64,000 bases of DNA, from NCBI GenBank assembly GCA_963674695.2, contig CAXXGI010000003.1:192001-256000 (forward strand). The letters are read 5' to 3'. Source of the stretch: a bacterium (lineage in GTDB: Bacteria > UBA10199 > 2-02-FULL-44-16 > JAAZCA01). The notes under the pieces are model-generated. The model was not told where the DNA came from. It made no database searches and saw only the letters and a list, made by a program, of their open reading frames with translations. Position numbers and translations under genes: made by a program. Shown here piece after piece: positions 41,257 to 52,178 of this stretch. Each line of letters starts with the position of its first letter. Position 1 is the stretch's first letter.

Positions 41257-42063
41257 ATGGAACAAATCCTCAACATCGTAACCCCAACGCTTGAGCGCTT
41301 CGGTGCGCGTGTCATCGGGTTGGGGGGAATTTTCGGGCGGTGGCTCGTCTTCATGCGCGAGACGCTGCTCTGGACGGCGCGCCCGCCGTTTCGCCTCGAT
41401 CAGTTTATGCGCCAGATGGAGTTTGTCGGCGTCAAATCCACCGGGATCGTCGCGCTTACGGCCTTCTTCACGGGGGCCGTCTTCGCGCTGCAGTCGGGCA
41501 AGGTCTATGCGCTCTTCAACATGGAGAGCATGGTCGGCGCCACCGTCGGCATGTCGCTTACGCGCGAGATGGCCCCGGTCTTTGCCGCGCTCATGGTGAC
41601 CGCGCGCGCCTGCTCGGCCATGGCCGCCGAGCTGGGAACGATGCGGGTGACCGAGCAGATCGATGCGCTCGAGACCATGGCGGTCAGTCCCATTCAATAT
41701 CTCGTCGTGCCGCGCGTGGTCGCGTGCACCCTCATGGTGCCGCTGCTGACGATGCTTTACAATTTCATCGGCGTCATCGGCTCCTACATCGTCGGCATCT
41801 ATCTGCTGGGCATCAAAGAGGGGCCGTTCATGAACCGGCTCTATCAGTATGTGGATGCCGACGATATCTGGGGCGGGCTGATCAAGGCGGGCATCTTCGG
41901 ATTTCTGATCGCCGGGATCAGTTGCTATATGGGGTTTACCACGCGTGGCGGCGCACAGGGGGTTGGGCGTTCGACCACGCGCGCCGTGGTGATCTCAGCG
42001 GTGACGATCCTGGTCGTGGACTACTTCGCCACGACCTGGATCTTGGAGTTTTTGTCGCAATGA
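41257..42063 (+). CDS. mlaE: MlaE-family ABC permease
   Basis: REMAPV, AELGTMRVTEQIDAL, GVGRSTTRAVV. Confidence 0.95.
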   Translation: MEQILNIVTPTLERFGARVIGLGGIFGRWLVFMRETLLWTARPPFRLDQFMRQMEFVGVKSTGIVALTAFFTGAVFALQSGKVYALFNMESMVGATVGMSLTREMAPVFAALMVTARACSAMAAELGTMRVTEQIDALETMAVSPIQYLVVPRVVACTLMVPLLTMLYNFIGVIGSYIVGIYLLGIKEGPFMNRLYQYVDADDIWGGLIKAGIFGFLIAGISCYMGFTTRGGAQGVGRSTTRAVVISAVTILVVDYFATTWILEFLSQ

Positions 42064-42239
42064 GCTCGTGAGATGGCTGGATGGTGAGATCGTGAGATAG
42101 CTCAATGGTGAGATGGTGAGATGGCTAAATGGTGAGATAGCTTAATCGCTTGTTGGCTCCGATCGTGCCTTTAGCGATCTCACCATCTCGCGATCTTACG
42201 ATTGAGCTATTTCACTATTGAGCCATCTCACGATCTTAC
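42064..42239. repeat. Inverted microsatellite element, GAGATGGY family, between mlaE and mlaF
   Basis: Left arm gtgagatg units; right arm ccatctc/cgatctc units. Confidence 0.85.
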
Positions 42240-42247
42240 AAAAAATT

Positions 42248-43003
42248 ATGATTCACATCCAAAACCTTCACAAGACGTTGGACGGACATGCGGTGCTCAA
42301 GGGGATCGATCTCGAGATCCCCAAGGGCAAGATCACCGTCATCATCGGGGCGTCCGGCTGCGGCAAGACGGTGCTCATGCGCCATATCATCGGCCTGATG
42401 CTTCCCGACCGCGGACGGGTGGTCGTGGATGGCACGAACATGTCGGCGCTTGCGGGGCGTGCCCAAACCGATTTTCGTCGGCGCTTCGGCATGCTCTTTC
42501 AGAACGCCGCGCTCTTCGATTCGCTCACGGTCTTCGAGAACGTCGCCTTTCCGCTGCGCGAGAGTCTGCGGCAACGGGTGGAGACGGTCGATGTCGCCCG
42601 CATCGTTCGCGAGAAGCTGAGCCTGGTCGGGCTGCAAGGGAGCGAACACAAGATGCCCGACGAGCTCTCCGGCGGCATGCGCAAGCGGGTAGGGCTTGCC
42701 CGCGCGATCGTCCTCGCGCCTTCCATCATTCTCTATGACGAGCCGACCACGGGGCTCGATCCGCTCATGACGCTGGCTATTGACAACCTGATTTTGTCCA
42801 TGCAACAAGAACTCGCCGTCACCTCCGTGGTCATCAGTCATGACATCGACTCGGCCATGCGTTTGGCCGACCTGGTCGCGATGGTTCACGACGGTCGCAT
42901 CATTGCCAGCGGGTCACCGGCACAGTTTCAGCGTTTGACCGATCCGATCGTGCGCGATTTTCTTGAAGCCGGCGGCCGACACCTCCGGGGGAGTGCTTCG
43001 TGA
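42248..43003 (+). CDS. mlaF: MlaF-family ABC ATPase
   Basis: GASGCGKT, FQNAALFDSLTV, LSGGMRKRVGLARA, YDEPTTGLDP. Confidence 0.95.
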   Translation: MIHIQNLHKTLDGHAVLKGIDLEIPKGKITVIIGASGCGKTVLMRHIIGLMLPDRGRVVVDGTNMSALAGRAQTDFRRRFGMLFQNAALFDSLTVFENVAFPLRESLRQRVETVDVARIVREKLSLVGLQGSEHKMPDELSGGMRKRVGLARAIVLAPSIILYDEPTTGLDPLMTLAIDNLILSMQQELAVTSVVISHDIDSAMRLADLVAMVHDGRIIASGSPAQFQRLTDPIVRDFLEAGGRHLRGSAS

Positions 43004-44367
43004 AACGCATGACCACCGAACTCAAGGTTGGCATCTTTGCCGCCATCATCATCGTCATCCTCGTCTGGGCGACCATTCGCGTCGGCGACAAGACCGCTGT
43101 CTCCGGCGGCGGATATCCGCTTGTGGCGGTCTTCGATAACGCCACGGGGCTCAAGCTCAAGGCCCCGATTGAGCTCGCCGGCGTTCAGGTCGGCATCATC
43201 AAGGATATCGAACTCATCGATTCCCGCCGCGCGCGAGTGCAGATGGCGATCAACAAACGCGTGAAACTTCCCGACGACAGCACGGCGGTGCTGCGCACGC
43301 GCGGATTTCTGGGCGAGACCTACATCGAGATCATTCCGGGCACGCCCGGGCTCCCCGATATGAGCCGTGGCGAGGAATTTTCGAATTCCATGCGCACGGG
43401 CGACATCAATTCGCTCGTTTCGCAGTTCAATCAGATCGCGGGCGACATCAAGAATATCACCGGAAACTTGAGCGAGATGATGGGACAGAATCAGAACGCG
43501 CCGATCAACCGCATCGTCGAGAACCTCGATGCGTTTGCCCAGAGCATTCGCGATATCACCCTTCGCAACGAAGCCAACGTCGCCCGCATCACCGACAATA
43601 TGGCGGCCATGACCGAGCAGTTGCGGCAGGTCGTCGCTTCCGGCCGCGCCAATATCGAGGAGTCGATGGATCGCATCGCCTCCATCACGCGCAAGATCGA
43701 CGAGGGCCAAGGCACGGTCGGCAGGCTTGTCAACGACGAGGAGACGGTCGACAAGCTCAACGAGGCGGTGGATAACTTGAACGATACGCTCGGCGGGTTC
43801 CGGCGACTCGAGACGCAGATCGGTTATCGCGCCGAGTACCTGACGCAGTCGGAAGATTTCAAACACTACATCTCGCTGTCGCTGGCACCATCGCCCGATA
43901 AAGCGCTCCTCCTCGACCTGGTGGCCGATCCCGATCCGCGTCCAACCTATACGGAAAAGATCTCGAATGTGACCGTCGGCGGCACGACCACGCAGGTCAC
44001 CACCGAGACGGCCTCGATCGATCGCAACAAGCTGCGCATCTCGGCGCAGTTGGCGAAGAAGTTCTACGACTTCACGCTGCGCGGGGGACTGATCGAATCG
44101 ACCGGCGGAGTGGGGTTCGACTGGGATCGCGGACCGCTCGGCGTTGGATTCTCCGCCTATGATTTTCAGACGCGTTTTGGTCAGCGTCCGCACCTGAAGG
44201 CCTGGGCGAATGTGAACGTGACCAGAAACTTCTTCGTGCGTGGCGGTGCCGACGATATCATCGCGCGTACCAACAATCCCGATTGGTTTGTCGGCGCCGG
44301 ATTTCGGTTCGTCGATGAAGACGTCAAGAGTTTCGCCCGCTTCGGCGGGTCGAGTCTCATAAAATGA
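43000..44367 (+). CDS. mlaD: MlaD/MCE protein with long helical region and beta-strand-rich C-terminus
   Basis: ELKVGIF TM helix, ATGL...AGVQVG, GFLGETYIEI, GTVGRLVND. Confidence 0.9.
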   Translation: MKRMTTELKVGIFAAIIIVILVWATIRVGDKTAVSGGGYPLVAVFDNATGLKLKAPIELAGVQVGIIKDIELIDSRRARVQMAINKRVKLPDDSTAVLRTRGFLGETYIEIIPGTPGLPDMSRGEEFSNSMRTGDINSLVSQFNQIAGDIKNITGNLSEMMGQNQNAPINRIVENLDAFAQSIRDITLRNEANVARITDNMAAMTEQLRQVVASGRANIEESMDRIASITRKIDEGQGTVGRLVNDEETVDKLNEAVDNLNDTLGGFRRLETQIGYRAEYLTQSEDFKHYISLSLAPSPDKALLLDLVADPDPRPTYTEKISNVTVGGTTTQVTTETASIDRNKLRISAQLAKKFYDFTLRGGLIESTGGVGFDWDRGPLGVGFSAYDFQTRFGQRPHLKAWANVNVTRNFFVRGGADDIIARTNNPDWFVGAGFRFVDEDVKSFARFGGSSLIK

Positions 44368-44419
44368 TTCGGTTCGATGGTTCGATGGTTCACATGGAAC
44401 AACCTCGTAATGCAGGGAG

Positions 44420-44513
44420 TGTCATTCCCGCGGGGGTAAGCGGGAATCTCGATTGATCCCTGTATTTTTCATTTTCAAAACGGGATCCCCGATGACCCCA
44501 TTCGGGGATGACA
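44420..44513. repeat. REP/dRS3-like paired palindrome, copy 6 (preceded by GGTTCGAT units at 44370-44392)
   Basis: tgtcattcccgcgggggtaagcgggaatc...cggggatgaca. Confidence 0.8.
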
Positions 44514-44528
44514 GATGTGGAGAAACGA

Positions 44529-46118
44529 ATGAAAAAGATTGCGCGTGCGCTCATCAGTGTATCCGACAAGGCCGGCATCGTGGAGTTGGCCAACGTGCTT
44601 CAGAAGAAGGGCGTCGAGATTCTCTCCACCGGAGGTACGGCCAAGGCACTGGCCGATGCGGATATCCCGGTCGTGGATGTCGCGGCCTACACCGGTTCGC
44701 CCGAGATCCTCGATGGGCGTCTCAAGACGCTGCATCCGAAGGTTCACGGGGGCCTGCTCGGACGGCGTGATTCGAAGAAGCATCAGCAGGAGATGGCCGA
44801 CAATGACATCGGTCCGATCGATCTGGTGATCGTCAACCTCTATCCCTTTGAGGCGACCATTGCCAAGACAGGGTGTTCCTTTGAAGAGGCTATCGAGAAT
44901 ATCGATATCGGCGGTCCCACGATGCTGCGTTCCGCGGCGAAGAATCACGCCGATGTCGCCGTCGTCGTTGATCCCGCCGATTACGACGCTCTCGTCGAGG
45001 AATTCACACATAATGATGGCGCGCTCTCGGGCGCCACGCGTTTTCGGTTGGCCAAGAAGGTCTTCGCCGAGACCGCGCGCTATGATGCGGCGATTATCTC
45101 CTACCTGAGCCGATTCGACGACGAGAAGAATGAGGGCCAGACGCCCGCGGTCATTGGCGCGACCTATGCGTTGGTGCAGAAGCTGCGCTATGGCGAGAAT
45201 CCGCACCAGAAGGCCGCTTTCTATCGGGAGGTCGTCGCGGTGGACGAACCCTGTCTGGTGAATGCGAAGCAGCTTCAGGGCAAGGAACTCTCCTACAACA
45301 ACATCATGGATACGGATGCGGTCCTCGAGATGGTGGGGGCGTTTGACGACGCGCCCTTTGCGGCAGTCGTGGTCAAACATGCCAACCCCTGCGGCGCGGC
45401 GATATCGAATGAAACGCTTCTGGATGCCTTTGAAAAAGCGCGTGCGTGCGATCCGACCTCTGCATTTGGCGGCATCGTGGGGCTCAACCGACCGCTCGAT
45501 GCGGATGCCGCTTCGATGATCGTCGAGACCTTCTTCGAGGTGATCGCGGCGCCGGGGTTTTCCCCGGAGGCGGTTGAAATCCTCAAACGAAAAAAGAACC
45601 TTCGCCTGCTCGAGGTCCCCGGTCTGGGCAATGCCTTTACGCCGGCCGGGATGAACCTGCGCAAGGTGGTGGGGGGGCTGCTCGTTCAGGATCGCGATTT
45701 CAGTCGCGAGCAGGTGCGCGAGGCGCATGTGGCGACCAAGCGTGCCCCGACCGATGCGGAATGGGCCGCACTCGATTTTTCCTGGCGCATCGGAAAATTT
45801 GTGAAATCAAACGCCATCATCTATGCCGCTCCTGGGCGCACGCTCGGCATCGGGGCTGGTCAGATGAGCCGGGTCGATGCTTCCAAGATCGCCGCGCGCA
45901 AGATGAACGAAGCCTTTCCCGATGGCGCGCCCGGTCCGATCGTCGTCGCCTCCGATGCCTTCTTTCCCTTTCGCGATGGCGTCGATGCTGCGGCACAAGC
46001 GGGGGCCACGGCCGTCGTCCAGCCCGGTGGTTCGATGCGCGACGAAGAGGTCATCGCCGCTGCCGACGAACAGGGCATGGCCATGGTGTTGACCAGCACC
46101 CGCCACTTCCGACATTGA
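44529..46118 (+). CDS. purH: Bifunctional AICAR transformylase / IMP cyclohydrolase
   Basis: [48 protein letters not shown]. Confidence 0.98.
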   Translation: MKKIARALISVSDKAGIVELANVLQKKGVEILSTGGTAKALADADIPVVDVAAYTGSPEILDGRLKTLHPKVHGGLLGRRDSKKHQQEMADNDIGPIDLVIVNLYPFEATIAKTGCSFEEAIENIDIGGPTMLRSAAKNHADVAVVVDPADYDALVEEFTHNDGALSGATRFRLAKKVFAETARYDAAIISYLSRFDDEKNEGQTPAVIGATYALVQKLRYGENPHQKAAFYREVVAVDEPCLVNAKQLQGKELSYNNIMDTDAVLEMVGAFDDAPFAAVVVKHANPCGAAISNETLLDAFEKARACDPTSAFGGIVGLNRPLDADAASMIVETFFEVIAAPGFSPEAVEILKRKKNLRLLEVPGLGNAFTPAGMNLRKVVGGLLVQDRDFSREQVREAHVATKRAPTDAEWAALDFSWRIGKFVKSNAIIYAAPGRTLGIGAGQMSRVDASKIAARKMNEAFPDGAPGPIVVASDAFFPFRDGVDAAAQAGATAVVQPGGSMRDEEVIAAADEQGMAMVLTSTRHFRH

Positions 46119-46296
46119 TCGTCGCTTTTTCCCGCTTCGATGGGCCCGTCAAATCTCCGTCGCCTCTCGATTGGTTCCTGGGGTAAATGCGCGCGTCGCA
46201 TAAGAATTTCCATTCTATCTCCTTGTTTCTGAATGTTTTTTTCTGCATGTCCCCTGGCACATCGCTTGCAAATAAATGAGGCACGAACCATATAAG

Positions 46297-46460
46297 GGCA
46301 TCTCTCAAAACTCATACGAGCCGCCGCGAGGGGAAATCATGTGCGTCTGGAACAAGCTTCATCGTCGTTGTGCCCGCCAGAGGCGGGTCCGCCTTTGGCG
46401 GAAAGATGCACATGATTTCCCCGGGAGGCGGTATCCAAACACTGGTTTTGAGAGGTGCCC
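46297..46460. repeat. Nested palindrome element
   Basis: gggcatctctcaaaac/gttttgagaggtgccc outer arms; ggggaaatcatgtgcgtct/agatgcacatgatttcccc inner arms; central ccgcctttggcgg hairpin. Confidence 0.7.
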
Positions 46461-46474
46461 ATAAGGGGGATCCC

Positions 46475-46621
46475 ATGGAGCTGGGCAATATGATCATCAT
46501 GCTGAGTGCCGGTGTCGGAGCGGTCGTTGGACTCTCTGTCTGGATCGCCCACCGACGCCAAGCCGTGCGTGGCCGAGTCGAGTTGACCGAGCTGCGTCGT
46601 CGGCGCGAGCGACAGTACTGA
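46475..46621 (+). CDS. Small single-TM hypothetical protein
   Basis: AGGGGG RBS; hydrophobic helix followed by an Arg-rich tail. Confidence 0.5.
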   Translation: MELGNMIIMLSAGVGAVVGLSVWIAHRRQAVRGRVELTELRRRRERQY

Positions 46622-46672
46622 TGCAACACACGCCGTGAACCGAGCGAGGGGGAGGGTTCCATTTCGATTCGC

Positions 46673-49600
46673 GTGACCATCATCGCGATAGCGGTGCTGG
46701 CCGTATCCGTTTGTGCGATGGCACAGGCCGATCCGGCTTCATCACCGGACACGAGTGCTTCGCCGGAGCGTTGTGCGCCGGGGTATGCCTTCGACCCCTC
46801 GCAGCGCGAGTGCGTGGCGTGCAATCAACCGTGTTCGACGGGAAAACCCGGCGTTTGCGGACGCGGTATCGTTGACTGCAGCAAAGAGGTTCCGGTCTGC
46901 GCGGCGGCGATTGCGCCGGGCGAGCGCACGGAGGCGTGCAACGGCGAGGACGATAACTGCGACGGGCGCGTCGATGAGGGATACGACAAGGACGCGGATG
47001 GCTATACGACCTGCAGCGGCGACTGCGATGATCGCAATGCGTCCGTGCATCCGGATGCGGTCGAGCGCTGCAACAATACCGACAACAATTGCAACGGGCT
47101 CATCGATGATGGCTTCAATGTCGGAGGAATCTGCATATCCGGCGAAGGTGTTTGCGCGCGCGAAGGACGGCGGCGCTGCCGTGCCGATGGGCGCGGGGTG
47201 GACTGCGACGCGCAGGCCGGAGTTCCATCGCGTGAGATCTGCGATGGGCTCGACAACGATTGCAACGGGCGCGTCGATGATGGCTTGGGCGAGGTGCACT
47301 GCGGCGTGGGCGCATGTCGTCGCACGATTGCGTCCTGTCGCGAGGGGGCGCAGAAGATCTGTACCCCGGGCGAACCGGGCGTTGAACTCTGTGGCGACGC
47401 CATCGATAACGATTGCGATGGGCAGACCGACGAGGGATTTCCCAAACGTGGGCGCACATGTCACGATGGCGTGGGGGCGTGCCGCAATGCAGGCGTTTAT
47501 ATCTGTTCCGAGAATCGACTCGATCTGGTCTGCAATGCCCATCCCAGCCAACCTCGCGTCGAGATCTGCGGAAATGGCGTCGATGACGATTGCGACGGTG
47601 AGGTGGACAAGGATGCACCGGGTCTTGGTGAGCCCTGCAACAACGGTTTGCTGGGGCAGTGTCTGCGCGAAGGAAAGCGCGTCTGTCATGCCCGCGAGGG
47701 AACGCTTTCCTGTTCAGCGCCGAAGGTCAGGCCCCAGCCGGAGCGCTGTGATGGGCTCGACAACGATTGTGACGGCGTCATCGACAACGATGTGAACGAG
47801 ACGGCCACATGCGGACAGGGGGCCTGTGGCGGGGGCACGCGCACGCGCACCTGTGTGCACGGCGTCTGGGGCGAGTGGTCGACCTGCTCGACGGCGGGCA
47901 AGGTGGCGACGGAAATCTGCGGCAACCGGATCGATGACGATTGCGACGGTGTCATCGATCGCGATGTTGAGGGGCTGGGGGATGCATGCGAAAACGGTAT
48001 GGTCGGCATCTGCGCGCGAAAGGGACGGTTGATCTGCGATGCCACGACCAGTCGGCTCGTCTGTAGCGCCGGTCCCCGGGATCCGGGCCAAGAGATCTGC
48101 AATGGTTTGGATGATGACTGCGATGGCACCGTCGATGAGGGCGTTCAAAACGCCTGTGGCGGTTGCCAGACGCTTGCGGTCACACCCGGTCAGGCGTGCG
48201 ATGTGCCCGGCGGGGATGAATGCGCCAAGGGTGTCTGGATGTGCGATGAAGCGCATGCGGGCGCGCTCATCTGCACAGCCAAGCCGGCACTCACCGATGG
48301 GCGTGCATGCACCTCGGACGGAAACGAATGCACGGCAGATCTCTGTCGCGAGGGGAGCTGTACGCATGCCGCGGTCGCCGATGGGATCGCTTGTGAAGAT
48401 GACGATCCCTGCACCGCTGGCGATAGCTGTCATACGGGGATCTGCGCCGGGAGTTCGCAGGTCGCCTGTGACGATGGGAACGTGTGTACGGTCGATTCCT
48501 GCAGCGCTGCGCGCGGTTGTTTTCATACCGCCATCGACGGTGGCGTGGCCAATATCTGTGGGGGCTGCAAGGTGCTCGACCATGCGCCGGGTGAGGCATG
48601 CACGGTGGCCGAGGCCAAGGGGGTCTGCGCGGCGGGCAGTTTCCGGTGTACGCCGGAGGGGACGCTCGCCTGTGTGCAGACGGTCTTTGCCGGGCAGGAG
48701 ATCTGCAACGGCGTCGATGACAACTGCGATGGTGAGATCGACGAAGGCCTCGGCGAGACGAGATGTGGCATCGGTTCCTGCACGGTGACGATCGCCAACT
48801 GCATTGAGGGAAAGGCGAGCACCTGCGTCCCGCGCGATCCGTTGGCAGAGACCTGTGCCAATATGGACATCGACGATGATTGTAATGGCGTTGTCGACGA
48901 TGTTGCGGGTTTAGAGCAGGAATGCGCGGTGGCGTTTGGCACCTGTATCATTCCGGGGCAGAAGCGTTGCCTCGGCGATGCGGAACAACCCGTCTGTGTG
49001 CCGCTCGAATCGCAGCACGCCGAGGATAATGATGGCAATGGCATCGTCAACTACTGCGACCATGGCGAGACCCTCGCTGGTGGCGTTGAAGGACAGGTGG
49101 GGGAGACGCTCGCGGGTGATCTGCAGCGGCATACCACGGGAGCGCACTTCGATACGCGTCGCACGCGTGCGGCAATCTTGCCCTGGCATCGTTCCTTCGA
49201 TGCGGCGATGATCGCTCCGCATTCGCTCGATCAGGCGATGTTGCTCGTGAGCGGAGAACGCGGCAATGAAGGGGGCATCGCTGCCTTGCGCGCCAAAGAT
49301 GTGGCGGCATCCGGGCCGATCGCCTTCCGCAGCTGTGTGGTGGAATCGAGTCGTGCGCCGCGTCATCTCTTCGTCGTCGGCGACATCGCGGATGTCGTTG
49401 CATCGACCCCCACCGGATATGCGCGCTATCCCAAAATCGCTTCGCAGATTCCATCGCCGCTTGCCGGAAACTATGCCTGTCGTCTGCGCGCCGAGACGCT
49501 CTTGGGCGATGCACAACGGCCGTGGCCTGCTCGCAGAGGTCAGGCGCAGTGTCGCGTGCAGGAGATCGCGGGGTTGGCACGCCTGCACGATGTGCCGCTC

Positions 49601-50698
49601 ACCTTTGCCGGTGCCGTCATCTGTGCGATCGAGCGCGAGGGGCAGCTCCCCTCGGGGCGGAAGGGATTGGGAATCGATCTCATCACGCAGCGAGCCGATG
49701 GGAGTTTCGCCCATCAGTTCTTGCCCCTGATCAAGGATGCCGTGCATCTGAGTGAGGTGCAGCTGATGCCGTTGCGAGATGCCGGGGCGGAGGGGTACTT
49801 CTTCTTCGCCCGTGCCGATGATGCGCCGATTGCGGGCGTCTGTCATCGGGAGCAGGAGTGGACGTGTTGGCATCAATCGCTCGCGTCCTTTCCCGCACCG
49901 ATCGTCGGTGCGACGGCGGTCGCCGACGCAGCTGGAATGGAAGACCTCTTTCTCATCTCCCGAAATGGCGCCGCATTCCGGGTGCTCCTCGATCTTCCGA
50001 AGCAGGAGCTGACACTCGCCCAGGCGGGCGGGGTCTCGGTGAACGATGGCGGCCAGGTCCATGCTGCGGTCGCGGTGGATCCGCAGGCATCCGATATGCC
50101 GGCGTTGGTCCTCGGCCGGGATGATCAGCTCTCCTTCGCGCGTCCGATCGCCCTCGGCGACAGCAGCCCGGTCATTCGGCCGATGGCCATCGGAGCGCTC
50201 ATGCCGGAATCGTCCTCCGACGACATTCGCTCGGGCGAGGGCGTGGAGTTTCGTCAACCGCACGCCATGATCGCGTTGCCGTTCAAGGCGTTTGGGGGTT
50301 CGGACCTCTTTTCGGCCTTCGAGATCCAAAACGGGTCACAGCGTCTGGGCGAGATGGGATTCTTCTACTGGAATGCCAACGAACCGCCGTCGGGAACGCT
50401 TTCCGATATCCGGTTCGACGGGCGGCACGGACGTGCACGCATCGATTTCACCGATCCGTCCGGGGATCGCCTGCGCTATCGGGCCCATATTCGGGCGCAT
50501 CACGGGGGCGCGCTCGACGACTGGATCGACGGCATCCAGGGGGGCGAGCTTCGTTTCACCGTGCGCGGGGAGGCGGGGACCGTGGGCGTCTGGCCGATCA
50601 CCATCACCGTGGAGGTCGCTGATGCCGGAGGGCTCTCCGCGACATCGCGCGCCGTCGTGCGCCGCGATGGCACGCTCGAGGCCGTCAGCGACTATTGA
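46673..50698 (+). CDS. Large exported Cys/Asp-rich repeat protein (MopE-related putative metal-binding repeats)
   Basis: More than 10 E-x-C-[ND]-G-x-D-[DN]-x-C-[DN]-G-x-x-D repeats, CDDGNVCTVDSC-type repeats and a signal-like N-terminus. Confidence 0.85.
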   Translation: MTIIAIAVLAVSVCAMAQADPASSPDTSASPERCAPGYAFDPSQRECVACNQPCSTGKPGVCGRGIVDCSKEVPVCAAAIAPGERTEACNGEDDNCDGRVDEGYDKDADGYTTCSGDCDDRNASVHPDAVERCNNTDNNCNGLIDDGFNVGGICISGEGVCAREGRRRCRADGRGVDCDAQAGVPSREICDGLDNDCNGRVDDGLGEVHCGVGACRRTIASCREGAQKICTPGEPGVELCGDAIDNDCDGQTDEGFPKRGRTCHDGVGACRNAGVYICSENRLDLVCNAHPSQPRVEICGNGVDDDCDGEVDKDAPGLGEPCNNGLLGQCLREGKRVCHAREGTLSCSAPKVRPQPERCDGLDNDCDGVIDNDVNETATCGQGACGGGTRTRTCVHGVWGEWSTCSTAGKVATEICGNRIDDDCDGVIDRDVEGLGDACENGMVGICARKGRLICDATTSRLVCSAGPRDPGQEICNGLDDDCDGTVDEGVQNACGGCQTLAVTPGQACDVPGGDECAKGVWMCDEAHAGALICTAKPALTDGRACTSDGNECTADLCREGSCTHAAVADGIACEDDDPCTAGDSCHTGICAGSSQVACDDGNVCTVDSCSAARGCFHTAIDGGVANICGGCKVLDHAPGEACTVAEAKGVCAAGSFRCTPEGTLACVQTVFAGQEICNGVDDNCDGEIDEGLGETRCGIGSCTVTIANCIEGKASTCVPRDPLAETCANMDIDDDCNGVVDDVAGLEQECAVAFGTCIIPGQKRCLGDAEQPVCVPLESQHAEDNDGNGIVNYCDHGETLAGGVEGQVGETLAGDLQRHTTGAHFDTRRTRAAILPWHRSFDAAMIAPHSLDQAMLLVSGERGNEGGIAALRAKDVAASGPIAFRSCVVESSRAPRHLFVVGDIADVVASTPTGYARYPKIASQIPSPLAGNYACRLRAETLLGDAQRPWPARRGQAQCRVQEIAGLARLHDVPLTFAGAVICAIEREGQLPSGRKGLGIDLITQRADGSFAHQFLPLIKDAVHLSEVQLMPLRDAGAEGYFFFARADDAPIAGVCHREQEWTCWHQSLASFPAPIVGATAVADAAGMEDLFLISRNGAAFRVLLDLPKQELTLAQAGGVSVNDGGQVHAAVAVDPQASDMPALVLGRDDQLSFARPIALGDSSPVIRPMAIGALMPESSSDDIRSGEGVEFRQPHAMIALPFKAFGGSDLFSAFEIQNGSQRLGEMGFFYWNANEPPSGTLSDIRFDGRHGRARIDFTDPSGDRLRYRAHIRAHHGGALDDWIDGIQGGELRFTVRGEAGTVGVWPITITVEVADAGGLSATSRAVVRRDGTLEAVSDY

Positions 50699-50802
50699 AC
50701 GCCCCCTCCGTTCCGGGGTGGGTATGAAATTCCTTGATTTTCCGCACAGATCGACGCTATAGAGCCCCGTCCTCGGCATGTGGGCCGAGGTGGGAGGACA
50801 GG

Positions 50803-52104
50803 ATGAAGGTGCTCATCATCGGAGGCGGAGGCCGCGAGCATGCGCTGGCCTGGAAGGTCACACAGTCACCGCAGGTGACCGAGGTCTTCTGTGCGCCGGG
50901 AAATCCCGGTATCGCCGAGATCGCGACCTGCGTGCCGATCAAGGCCGATGATGTGCAAGCGTTGGTCGATTTCGCCAAGCGCGAGCGCATCGATCTGACC
51001 ATCGTGGGACCCGAGCTTCCCCTCACCCTGGGCATCGTCGATTCCTTCAAACGCGTCGGGCTTGCTGCCTTCGGTCCATCGCGCGAGGCGGCGGTACTCG
51101 AGGGGTCGAAGGTCTTCACGAAGGAATTCTGCAAACGCTATGGAATCCCCGCAGCGCAGTCCGAGACCTTTACGGATGCGCAGCAGGCGTTGGCCTTCAT
51201 TCAGGATCAGACCTATCCGCTGGTGATCAAGGCCGATGGCCTGGCCGCGGGGAAGGGGGCGGTGATCTGTCATACCGCCGAGGAGGCGCAGGAGACCATC
51301 GATGCGATGCTCGTGCGCAATCTCTTCGGAACCGCGAGCGAGCGGATCATCATCGAGGAATTCCTTCAGGGGGAAGAGGCCAGCTTCATTGCGATCTGCG
51401 ATGGCAACCACGTTCTGCCGCTGGCTAGTTCTCAGGATCATAAAGCGGCCTACGATGGCGACGCCGGTCCCAATACGGGCGGCATGGGGGCGATCTCGCC
51501 GGCACGTCTCATGACGCCGGAGCTCACCGAGCAGGTCATGGAACGCATCATGCTCCCCACCGCGCATGGGATGGTGACCGAGGGGATGCCGTTTGTCGGT
51601 GTGCTCTATGCAGGACTCATGATCAAGGATGGCCAGGTTCGCGTCCTCGAGTTCAATGTTCGCTTCGGCGATCCGGAGACGCAGCCGCTCCTCATGCGTT
51701 TGCAGACCGACCTCATCGAGATCGTGCAGGCCACGCTCTCCGGGACGCTCGATCGCGTGCGCCTGGCATGGGATCCTCGGCCGGCGATCTGCGTCGTGAT
51801 GGCATCGGGCGGATACCCCGGGTCCTATGAGAAGGGCAAGGCGATCACGGGGCTTGCGGAAGCGGCGGGGCAGGAGGGGGTGCAGGTCTTTCATGCCGGC
51901 ACCGCCAGTGAGAATGATCGCGTGGTGACGTCCGGCGGTCGCGTTCTGGGCGTCACCGCGATAGGCGATGACATGGCCGATGCGATCGAGCAGGCCTACA
52001 ATGTGGTCGATATGATCCACTGGGATGGCGTGCATTTTCGGAAGGATATTGGGCATAAGGCCCTTGAAGGGTGTAATGCCAAAATCCAAAATCCAAATGT
52101 CTAA
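50803..52104 (+). CDS. purD: Phosphoribosylamine-glycine ligase
   Basis: IGGGGREHAL, KADGLAAGKG, GPNTGGMGA, EFNVRFGDPE, SGGRVL. Confidence 0.98.
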   Translation: MKVLIIGGGGREHALAWKVTQSPQVTEVFCAPGNPGIAEIATCVPIKADDVQALVDFAKRERIDLTIVGPELPLTLGIVDSFKRVGLAAFGPSREAAVLEGSKVFTKEFCKRYGIPAAQSETFTDAQQALAFIQDQTYPLVIKADGLAAGKGAVICHTAEEAQETIDAMLVRNLFGTASERIIIEEFLQGEEASFIAICDGNHVLPLASSQDHKAAYDGDAGPNTGGMGAISPARLMTPELTEQVMERIMLPTAHGMVTEGMPFVGVLYAGLMIKDGQVRVLEFNVRFGDPETQPLLMRLQTDLIEIVQATLSGTLDRVRLAWDPRPAICVVMASGGYPGSYEKGKAITGLAEAAGQEGVQVFHAGTASENDRVVTSGGRVLGVTAIGDDMADAIEQAYNVVDMIHWDGVHFRKDIGHKALEGCNAKIQNPNV

Positions 52105-52168
52105 AAGGATCTTCGGCATTGGGATTTGGAATTTGTTTCGATATTTGGATTTTGAGGTTTGGATTTGA
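52078..52168. repeat. Inverted microsatellite element, 7-bp AAATCCA/TTTGGAT unit
   Basis: Left arm aaaatccaaaatccaaatg supplies the PurD C-terminus; right arm tttggaatttg...tttggattttgaggtttggatttg. Confidence 0.8.
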
Positions 52169-52178
52169 GGAGGGTTTT

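Noticed and set aside
44368-44528. ZTP riboswitch upstream of purH
   Set aside because: The region is filled by GGTTCGAT units and a REP-like palindrome; I recognised no aptamer consensus.
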